A DNA stretch of 64,000 bases, from the NCBI GenBank assembly GCA_010909165.1, contig MU008157.1:62001-126000 (forward strand). Reading direction: 5' to 3'. Each line of letters begins with the position of its first letter. Positions within the stretch are counted from its first letter, which is position 1. Made by a program: the position numbers and the translations under genes. This DNA comes from Anthoceros angustus (taxonomy: Eukaryota; Plantae; Anthocerotophyta). This document shows positions 27,952-38,124 of this stretch, in pieces. Below the pieces are notes generated by a model. The model was given only the letters and a program-made list of their open reading frames with translations, did not search any database and had not been told where the DNA came from.

Positions 27952-28584
27952 GCTGTCCTTCTTTGCATGCACGCCTATATCTCAACCATTCATGCCCCTG
28001 TAGCTCAAGCAGCTCAGCAACAAATTTATAGAGATGCATGCGCGAACAGCCATATGCCCGAGAGCTTCCTCAGTCCCTGAACTATCGACACAGTGTCTAC
28101 CCTGCATGTAAAGCCTCCTCAAATTATATGTTTCACGGACAACATGGGGCAACTTACCGAGCTCGGAAGCAAGAGATTTGGGTTTCCAAACTTTGCTGAC
28201 GTAGCCACGAGGGTGTGAAGTAGAAGGTGCTCACCGTGTGTTGAAACGAGGGTGCGACAACGGGATGTGCTGGAAACGCCCTGACGCGAGGCAGAGAGAG
28301 AGAGAGAGAGCCTCATCAACCTCCAACGACCTCATTGATCTTTCCCCTTGGTGCTGCGAGTCCAGACCCTAACTGCGGATGCGCAGGGGATTTCGGGAGA
28401 GCATCGGGTGAGGTGGCACGTGTTTCTTTGTTCTTCTGCACTATCTGCAGCACTATCTTTTAACCTAGATATGTATGTTGCTCTTCGCATTGGAGGAACT
28501 GACCTTCACGATCGATCCTGGAGCAGGAACTGGAAGGACAGGTGGGTAGGTGGGTGGGTGTGTTGAAGGATTCTTTCACAGCTG

Positions 28585-29283
28585 ATGATGGCGGAGTCTA
28601 AGGGAGAGGTGCGTGCTACATCGAACTGGCCAATCTACCTTTATGTTCCGAATCTGATCGGATATGCAAGGGTGCTGGCAAATATTGTGGCATTTGCAGT
28701 CACTTTCAGTAACAAGCAACTCTTCGCTGTGCTGTATCTGATAAGCTTCATCTGCGATGAGCTAGATGGGAGGTTTGCTCGCATGTTGAACCAGACCTCC
28801 ACATTTGGAGCCGTGTTGGATATGGTGACGGACAGGGTCAGCACAGCTGCACTTCTGGTGGTGCTCTCCCAGCTTTACCGGCCATTCTTCTTGTTGTTTC
28901 TAGGTCTGCTGGCCCTTGATATTGCCAGCCATTGGCTCCAGATGTACAGCACATTTTTGTCAAGCAAAGTAAGCCATAAAGACGTTGCGGACAGCAACAG
29001 CATGCTTCTGAGAGCTTACTATCAATACCGTCTGTTTATGGGCTACTGTTGTGTCAGTGCAGAAGTCCTTTACATTGCTCTTTATCTCCTCTCAAGTCCA
29101 GATTCTGGGGACATTTACAAGGCAGTTGCGGATGGAGTGGCTAGCAAATCACCCCTGGCGTTGATAGGCCTTTTAGCTCTTCCTGGATGTCTCATCAAGC
29201 AGTTCGTAAATGTTGTGCAGATGAAGAATGCTGCTGATATATGTGTGCTTTATGACTTACAAAGGAGGGGGAAGGCTCGGTAA
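28585..29283 (+). CDS. PIS1: CDP-diacylglycerol-inositol 3-phosphatidyltransferase (PI synthase), single-exon CDS
   Basis: IYLYVPNLIGYAR and the CDP-alcohol phosphotransferase motif DELDGRFARMLNQTSTFGAVLDMVTDR; also LDIASHWLQMY. Confidence 0.96.
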   Translation: MMAESKGEVRATSNWPIYLYVPNLIGYARVLANIVAFAVTFSNKQLFAVLYLISFICDELDGRFARMLNQTSTFGAVLDMVTDRVSTAALLVVLSQLYRPFFLLFLGLLALDIASHWLQMYSTFLSSKVSHKDVADSNSMLLRAYYQYRLFMGYCCVSAEVLYIALYLLSSPDSGDIYKAVADGVASKSPLALIGLLALPGCLIKQFVNVVQMKNAADICVLYDLQRRGKAR

Positions 29284-29482
29284 TGTAAGGCAGGACGCAA
29301 CTGGAGATCCTGCATGTGATTGAATGAGGATGTTGTATTGCAAGATGCACTGCCTGATCTTCTCAGGTGACAAGTGGCTTTGTCCAATGTAACAATACTC
29401 CAACTCTGTAGGCTAATCATGTTCGCAGAGGTGTGCTAAGAAGTAACTGCTTCCATATTCCTGCTCTGCTGATTCCATGCTT

Positions 29483-30871
29483 TTAGCCTCCATATCGAAC
29501 TCGAAGTGAAGGTGGAGGCTCTTCTTCCATTATAGTAGGGTCGGCAGTTAGATGCTGTCGTATTGTTGTTTTTCTGTCCGCCAGATAGGTGTGGTCTAGG
29601 AAATTGTTGTAAGCTTCTGCTCCCAGATTTTTGGCTGCCAAAACACTGATGAAAAGACCAGCAATTAGAACTGAAACTTGGAATTCTATTGAAAGTTGGT
29701 GCTCAAGCAGAGGTCATTATGTACCAGTGTCGGAGATACGTGCGGCAAGGCAAGATATCATCTTGCCATATCTTACGAATGCCGTACTTGCCATATCTTT
29801 TGTCGTACTCCTGGGCGTCCCCTGCAATAGCAACTACTCTCAGTCATGGGATCAGACAGCGTTAGCCAACCACTTGCTGGGTCAGAAACAAGCAGTCTCC
29901 TTCATACCTCGACACCTTATCTGGAAAAATTCCTCGTCAGTGTACTTACTGCACACAACCTGCTCAGCACAGCACAGCACAGGAAAAATTGAACATAGAC
30001 TTCACGGAAGACTAGATGCACCCACAGCAACAGAAGCAAGGTGCAGAATGATGTGCAAACAAGCAGAGTTACCGCAAACTCCTTTGACGGCCCTCCTTCT
30101 GCATATTGGGGATTAACCTGCGGAGAAGCAAATATCACTTCCACCTGAGAACAACAACAAGGGCAAACAGCCATGAATTGGCCCAAGCCTGGGCAAGGCT
30201 AGCGCACCACTAGGAAGCGGAATTCATACTCTCGTTCGATGAAAGCCGGCACCTGCTCCAAAACCCAAGCAAATATTGAGCATCTTCAGACAGGAAAGCT
30301 TTATGCTCTGTCGTCGTCAACCTAATCCTCTTCTCACCTCAGCTAAGGAGATTTCGAACACAGTCACCAGGACAACGTTCTCTGCAGAAGGCTCAACACT
30401 GAGACTGGAAATCTCCTGCACACTCCAAAGTCCGGGTGAGAATCCAGGTGTTCTCTCTTTGGATGGCTAGTTCTTCTGAGGTACCTGACAAGAAGGACAG
30501 AAAGCACAGTCACTGAAGTGGTGACAGCACCAACCTTCGTCTCAAGATTTGCAATGCCCCGTTCGAAGAATATTGGTGCAGTGTGAGCAAAAATCCTCCT
30601 GAAGCCTGGAAGCATAGCCACCCTGAAATTGCGCAAGTTTGGAAACGTGTACCTGGCACTCCGTTCTGTTCAGATACCAACAAACTTACGATTAGCAGCT
30701 GACCTGAGCTGCACGAGTAGAAACATGACAGATCCCCAAAGAGCAGAGGTACGTGCCGGAAAGCAGCGACCCGAAACCGCAGATGGAAACGAGGTCTTGC
30801 TGGTTGGCAATGCTCTTGAAATCTTCAGAGTGATTCAGCTCTCGCACTGCTGGGGCGCTAGCCTCTCCCAT
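29483..30871 (-). CDS. Conserved plant protein with GGCT-like GFGSL motif, multi-exon
   Basis: Exons read SICGFGSLLS/ERSARYTFPNLRNFRVA..GFRRIFAHTAPIFFERGIA/EISSLSVEP/FIEREYEF/DDILPCRTYLRH/FLDHTYLADRKTT...RYGG*. Confidence 0.8.
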
Positions 30872-31197
30872 GATCGATAGAGGAGAGTGAGCGTGAACTT
30901 TCCGGGGCAATGATGTTCTGTATATATTCATTCGCATGGCGACACTGCGGAGTGGTACAGTGCCTCGCATCGGCGCACATTTGCCGACCGAGAGCATCAT
31001 CTCTGCACACACTAAACGCGTGAGGAAACCTCAGCTTCCGTACTCATCGAACGGGGGAGTCCCACATAGGATTAAAGGAGGTCCGGAGCTGTGTTTGGTG
31101 GGTGGGCCTATGTAGGCATTGCTGCTTCTGCGACGGGTTGTTGCATACGACTTGTTCCATACGCCGTTGGCACGTGGTGTAGTGAAGTGAAGCGAAG

Positions 31198-32775
31198 ATG
31201 CCTTGGCCAGTATGTAACGGGGGAATTGAGGAGTGGGAGCAAGAGTTGCTGCATGCAGCCACAAAGGACCTGGAGTTCGTGGATTGGTTGAAGAAAGTGA
31301 GAAGGGAAATACATCGGCATCCTGAACTGAAGTACGAGGAGTTCAAAACCAGCGCTTTGATAAGATCGGAGTTGGACAAGCTTGGCGTGAAGTACCAATG
31401 GCCAGTTGCCGTGACTGGGGTTGTTGCCACCATAGGTTCTGGAGATGCCCCTTTTGTTGCGTTGAGAGCTGACATGGATGCCCTTCCCCTTCAAGTAAGT
31501 CCGGACCTGCTCTCTGTGCTGGGGAAAAGATGAATGCAGCTAAGTAGCTGAGGGCTGAGAAAGCACATGTTGGGATATGCAGGAACTGGGGGATTGGGAG
31601 CATAAGAGCCAGGTTGATGGGTTGATGCATGCCTGTGGTCATGACGCTCATGTGGCTATGCTACTTGGAGCTGCCAAATTCCTGCAAGAACGTCGAAACT
31701 TTTTTGAGGTGCTTCAGTCTCTGTTTGACAAAGCTCTGAGTGGTTTGCCATGTGATGTATACTAAGGAATGCACTGACGCTTCTGCTGTCTTACAGGGCA
31801 CTGTGCTTCTGGTATTTCAGCCAGCCGAGGAAGGCGGGGCTGGAGCTAAGCGTATTATGGAATCTGGTGTGCTAGACAAAGTACAAGGCATCTTTGGGAT
31901 CCATGTCAGCAACGACCAGCCCACTGGGTCGATTGCCATCAAGCCAGGGCCATTGTTAGCAGCATGTGGTATCTTTGAGGTTGAAGTTGAAGGGAAAGGT
32001 GGGCATGCTGCTTTTCCTCAGGAGACCAAGGATCCCATTCTTGCGACGTCTCTCGCCATCCTAAGTCTGCAAAATGTTATTTCCCGAGAAACGAACCCTC
32101 TTGACAGCGAGGTACACTGTGGCTCTTTTCAGCACCTTTGGTATTGGTGGCCAACAGTACGATAACCCCCTCTCACGAAGTTGGCTGTCACCACAGGTGC
32201 TCTCTGTAACCAGTGTCCAAGCTGGTGCTGCTTTCAATGTGATACCTAATTCCGCTATTGTTAAGGGATGCTGGCGAAGCTTCTCCAGTGAAGGATACTC
32301 GAGAATCAAACGGAGAATCGAGGAGGTACTTGCCACTTGCGTTGCAACATGAACCTCAACCTCTCTGCGGACTACTGCCTTACTGTAATAATTCGCTTTC
32401 TTGCAGGTCTTTATAGGCCAAGCTGCTGTCTCTGGATGTAGAGCAAAAGTGAATTTTCACGAAGACACGTATGATCCGACACCGGCCGTTATCAACGATA
32501 TGGATTCGTACAGTCATGTCGTTAACGTGGGTTCGAAGCTGTTGGGTGCAAGCAATGTGATTACATGCAAGGAAGTGATGGCATCTGAGGACTTCTCGTA
32601 CTATTTGCAGAGGATACCAGGGGCTTTTACTCTGCTTGGCATTAGGAATGAAAATCTCGGGTCCACCTTCGTCCCCCACTCACCCTGTTTTCGAATAGAT
32701 GAGGGTGCCCTGCCCATAGGTGCTGCGTTGCATGTAGCTCTTGCTATAGCTTTTCTTCACAAAAAAAAATCTTAA
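31198..32775 (+). CDS. IAA-amino acid hydrolase ILR1-like (M20 amidohydrolase), multi-exon
   Basis: [60 protein letters not shown]. The start codon is uncertain. Confidence 0.93.
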
Positions 32776-33793
32776 ACATGTACTTTTACTTCTTGTTCTT
32801 CTTCGTTCTTCCAATCCTATAGGAACGGTGTCAAGGGATAATCACCATCCACCTAGGTTTCTCATGTGGATCTATGGTGACTACATGTATTGGTCATTTC
32901 CATGCTGCATTTACAGCCTTCACTATCTTTGTCGTGTGGACCTCCACATGTGACTCTATCTGTAAATGCATACATCTATGCAGTACTAATCGGTGTTGGG
33001 ACTCTGGGTTTCTCCCGCGTCCTTGATCATGTCCGGCTACATTGCGTGTGGGTGGCATTGCAAAAGACTTCTTCACCTAGTCTACTGTGTCACCTTCGGA
33101 ATCTAGTGAAACATACAGCCAGCTTACACACTCTGTTTTGTTTTAGACTTAATCCTCCATCACTTGACTGGGCAGGCATCTGCCTTGAAACACTCGATTT
33201 GAGAGACCTTTTCCTTGTGGAATGTCCGTAGCGGTACAGCGTTTACTAGCGGGCATTGCAGTCTGCATCGTGAAGAAGTCCGGTCCAGTCCGGTCCAGTC
33301 CGGTCCGTTGATTCTTCCTGCCAAGTGCGGGTTTTCTGTCAAGATTTCGACCGGTTTTTCAATAGGAAACGTGGGCTTCTCTTATTGGCCATCACCTAAG
33401 ATAGCATAAGCCAATTGCGAGAAGAGCCGAGAAGCTGAATCCGGTCCACGCCAATTGGGCAACACAGAGCGTGCACGGACAGAAGGAGACACCAGACCGT
33501 GCAGTTATATTCGTCACATATCCTCTGGCCAGGACTGGCAAAAACCAAGCATATCCAGGATGCCTATGCCGTTTTCGAATATCTACTCAGATGAACTGCG
33601 GATGCCATTCAGAGCCTTTCCATCTTCCCCAACCTCATTTTGGGGGGTTTGTTCTGAGGACTTCGGATTCGCACTATCGGAGGGCGAGCAGTAGCGAGAA
33701 CTCAAGCTGCTGCAGCTCGGGATCATTGCCGTATTTTTTGAGCGATCCGGGGAGTTTTGGTTTGGAAGTGTGTGTTGCGGCTGAGGAGTGACG

Positions 33794-36545
33794 ATGAGTT
33801 GCATTGTAAAGGCTGCCTGTGCTACCTGCTCTAGTCCCCTGGTGCATGAGGCGTCTTGCCAGAGCTGTGTGGCTGCACATAGTGTAGCACGATTTCCTGA
33901 TAAGGGGAGCCTGCAAGTGTGCGAGTTCTTGGGTGCCAGAGAATTGGACTCCCTTAGCAAGTCTCTGGCCCGGCCCCAGGTGTATGGGAGTAGCAGCGGA
34001 GGGTCAAAGCAGCTGGGAGTTTTCAATTCCTCTCAACCACGGCCGGGCAGGTCCCCTTCTCCAAGTGGAGGCTGGTTCCAACCGTTGACACCTCTCTCGG
34101 GTGCCAAGTCTCCCTTGGGGAATGGACAGCCTGACTCAACAGGACGAGGGGCTGACGCTCCTGGAGCCAGTGGCGCCGATTCGGCTTTAGTCCTCTCTCA
34201 GCAGGAGTATGCGCAGGAATGGGGAAATAAACCGCATCGTATTGCGCTGTTTGTGGAGCCGTCTCCTTTTGCGTGAGTCTTTCTCTCAGTTGATGAGTCT
34301 GTGCACCATGCAAACTGTATGTGTCAACCGTTTGTAGTTCAGACCATGTATGTTATATCGATGGGTCACAGACTGAAGTTTAGGCTGTGTAGATCAGGCT
34401 AGAGCTCACCCCTGCTTCTTCCTTCATACCCTTCTTATGACGAGAGGTCTCTGTTTTGTTCAGATATGTTTCTGGATACAAAAATCGGTTTCAGAACTTA
34501 ATCAAGGGCCTCAGGGAGCTGGGAGACGAGGTTAGTAGCCATGACGCCTGACACTATAAAAGTCGAGGCGTTATGTTCATTCGTCATGCCAGTCCCTGCC
34601 TTTAAGTTTCGACAGGAGTTCTGAAATTCCTCTGCGGATGTCAAAACATTGATCCAGGTTCTGATCGTGACAACTGATAAAGGTGTGCCTCAAGACTTCC
34701 ACGGTGCAAAAGTTGTTGGTTCCTGGAGGTATTAATGGTGCTTCCAGTTTGTATTGTGCGTATGTGTCCGGACAGACAAGCTTGCAGGTCACGGATCACT
34801 CGCTGTTGGTTGTAATGTGCAGTTTTCCATGCCCTTGGTACAACGTCCTCTTCCTCTCTCTAGCACTTAGCCCTCGCATCTTCCGCCAGGTTGCAGATTT
34901 TAAGCCTGACATTATTCACTGTACATCACCGGGAATCATGGTATGCCTCTTGTTTTTGTCTGTCTTACTGACATGCAGCTGGTTGTCTGCTTATCACAAT
35001 GGATATCGGTCCTGGAATTTTGATCGGTCCCAAACTGTACAGGTCTTTGGGGCTCTTGTGATTGCCAAGCTCTTGCGTGTCCCACTTGTGATGTCTTATC
35101 ACACCCACGTTCCTTTGTAAGTTTCAAGGTTCTCAGTCCCCAGTGCTTGTGGTTGCATTTTTGTTGTTCTTTTCCTTCTGCTTGTAGTGTGTGTTCGTCT
35201 CCTTGATTGTCTTTCTTCTCTCACACTTGAGCAGATATATCCCCAAATATACATTCAGCTGGCTTGTAAAGCCCATGTGGCTAGTGATCAGTAAGTCTCG
35301 AGTCCCTCTGAGGATCTTCAAGGAAATAAAAGTTCAGGATACACGTTCTAGCCTGTGGTTGAAGCAAAGTGTACGATGGCTGACAGGCTACTGCCGTATT
35401 TGTTTGCAGAGCTGTTGCACAGAGCAGCAGATCTTACTCTTGTGACCTCCCACGCTCTGGGGAGGGAACTCAAAGCTGCTGGGGCTGCTGCTGGTAGGCA
35501 TTGATCGTATTAAGGTTTCACTTGTCCTGAATGGTCAATTCCATTCCAAACAATAAGTGGATCCTGTGTGTTGCAGCTGAGAGAATAAAGGTATGGCAGA
35601 AAGGTGTTGACTCGGAAAGTTTCAATCCAAAGTTCAAGAGCCAGGAAATGAGACGGCAGCTCAGGTTAGAGCTGGTCTGGTGTCTGCCACTTGAATGTGA
35701 TTTTAGCTACCAAAGCACAAGGATCTTCTGATTCATAGGCAGTTTGTTTCTTCTCAGTGGTGGTGAACCAGACAAACCTCTCATCGTCCATGTTGGTCGC
35801 CTTGGAGCAGAGAAAAATTTGGACTTTTTGAAAGGGTAATGACAAAAATACTTGGACAGAACTCTTACGTGAGTGTAATGACAGTCCTCTGATCCGTAAG
35901 TGGCTAGCTGTGTTGCAGGATGTTGGAAAGAGTCCCAGAAGCGCGCCTTGCATTTGTAGGTGATGGACCCTACAGGTATGTCTGCCTGTTTTATTACCTT
36001 GCTATGCAGGACTCTGACTTGTGGCCTCTTCCTCCATCAGATTTTGCAGCATCGATCTAATAAATCTGCTTCTCACCCACAGGAAAGAGTTGGAGCGGAT
36101 GTTCCAGGGCATGCCAGTAACTTTTGTTGGCATGCTGTCTGGAGAGCCCCTGTCACAAGCTTATGCAAGTGGTGACATATTCATCACTCCTTCCGTGACG
36201 GAGACTTTGGGCTTCGTGGTTCTGGAAGCCATGGCCTCTGGAGTGGCGGTTGTAGCAGCTCGGGCAGGAGGAATACCTGACATTGTCACCAGAGAAGGCG
36301 AGACCGGCTATCTCTTCACCCCTGGCGACTTGGATGACTGTGTGACAAAAGTGAAGCAACTCATCCACTCAAATGAGCTCAGACAGAACATGGCGATAGC
36401 TGCCAGGGAAGAAGTGGAGAAGTTTGACTGGAGAGCTAGCACAAGGCGGGTCCGAGAAGATTACAGTGTTGCCAGATGGTTGTGGGGAAGGAAGGCCGGA
36501 CAACTTTGGGGTTGGCTCCGGCGTCCTGTATGGAGGACTGCTTAG
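33794..36545 (+). CDS. SQD2: Sulfoquinovosyltransferase (SQDG synthase, GT4 family) with transit-peptide-like N-terminus, multi-exon
   Basis: RIALFVEPSPFA/YVSGYKNRFQN, FKPDIIHCTSPGIM, MSYHTHVP, WQKGVDSESF, ETLGFVVLEAMASG. Confidence 0.95.
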
Positions 36546-36670
36546 TCAGCTGTTTCTGGAGAGCTCTTCTCCCTTCCACCATGGGACTTCAGCACTCCAC
36601 ATTGTATGTGTATGTGTACTCCAGTTTTTCAAGTTTTTGGTCTTGTTATGTATTTCGCGTCTGGACGATG

Positions 36671-37790
36671 CTATGCGGTGTCTTGGTCCTTGAGGTCCGC
36701 ATACCGCTCTATCCGGAAGGGATCGACCTCCGAGTGTCGTTGGTGCTTCTCCATGGAGTTCACGTCTCCATATTGGACGTCATCCCAATCTTCAGTGAAC
36801 AAATGCAAGGAATGCTTGCGCGCCCCACTGCTGCGCAGCATGCTCCTGAGCTGCGTGGCGTACTGCGGAGATTGCTGTGCCTTGGCTATGGTCTCTTCAA
36901 ACGCATTCTGGAATCGGGCGATCCAGCATGTCAGGTAGCCGCGATCACCTTCCTCCCTTCTCCTCGGGGGCGAAAGTGTATCATGCAGTAAAAATATATC
37001 GCACCTGTGTTTTCCAGGACACTTCGTTGGATAGTTCTTAGTTGTTTGGTACCTCTCAAAAGGTACTTCTCTTATGATTTGCAAACAGGGATTGTGCTCG
37101 CTATGTTGATGTGTTGATGGAGACATGACCCCAGGAAAATGGTGAAAACCTGGACGGAGAAAGGGGAGAAATCAGTTGAGGTATGATTTCAGTAGTTCCT
37201 GGCTGATAATTTGCGGCATCCATCAAAGGGTATTTCATGAACAAGTTGTTGTGCCACTTGGTTACAGGCTGACAACGGCTTCCATCACTATCTGGAAGCT
37301 TGGACATGAAGTAATTGTCATTGGCAGGTCGCTTAATACTGGTTCCCTGGTCCAGTTTTACTTCCCTGTGGTGAACCAGAGAGGTCTATTCACACCCATT
37401 ACTTAAGGTGTTTGGTTGATGGTGGCTGATTCTCATTGACATCAAAGCTGTCCGGATCTGTTGAAGCTTTGTATGATGGATTTTGACGCTTGCAGACCTT
37501 TGCTAGGTGGTAAATACCAAAATTCATTATCATACAAAGCTTCCGCAGATCGAGCAGTGACAACGTCGGACAGGTTTGACATCAATGAGAATCAAACATT
37601 CCAAAAAGCCAGCATCAACCAACCAGCAATCACAACTACATTCTGCTTTGCCACCAGAATGTCCTAGTCCACAATGTAACGCGTGAAGTTCCTCGAGCAA
37701 GGGGCTTGGTCACAAGCAGCTCCTCCCGGGGCCTCAAATCTCTGGTTAAAAACATCCCTCGCCTACCATTTTCGAAAGCCGGATGGTTGC
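36671..37790 (-). pseudogene. Split fragment of a TPR-SET paralog (pieces ~37640-37790 and ~36671-36990)
   Basis: ENGRRGMFLTRDLRPREELLVTKPLARG followed, after a ~650-bp insert, by IAKAQQSPQYATQLRSML...MEKHQRH. These segments are contiguous in the intact paralogs. Confidence 0.85.
37412..37622. repeat. Imperfect inverted repeat, possibly a MITE
   Basis: Left arm ttggttgatg..tgattctcattga..ctgtccg..aagctttgtatgat pairs with right arm atcatacaaagctt..cggacag..tcaatgagaatca..catcaaccaa. Confidence 0.7.
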
Positions 37791-38124
37791 AGAATGTTGG
37801 ATTGCAGCCGTGTGCTTGCAGAAAGTAGGATCGTCTCAGCCCTCCTTCCAATGCTCGCGCACGTGCAGGTGTCTCATTAAGCATTCAAATTTCTCAACCC
37901 CCGTTTCGGGTTCAGCCGTCATATAAATCGGGGGCTGGCTCGAGCGTGGAGCATTCGGATTCAAGAACCTGTTCAACTCCAAGGAGCGCGTAGCCTTACT
38001 GGAGCTCTGTGCGCTCTTCTTGACCGTATAGTACATACGCCACCTTCTCCAGGGTTAGGAATCTCACCACTTGTCAGGCAGATCTTCACAGTTCCGATTG
38101 CAGCACCTCTACACCGAGTGCACC

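Noticed and set aside
33277-33307. (GTCCG/GTCCA)n run upstream of SQD2
   Set aside because: A short microsatellite with no evidence of function.
37030-37400. Possible Copia RT remnant inside the SET pseudogene insert
   Set aside because: Only a faint resemblance (REVPFERYQTTKNY vs KRVLRYLKGT), too weak to call without a search.
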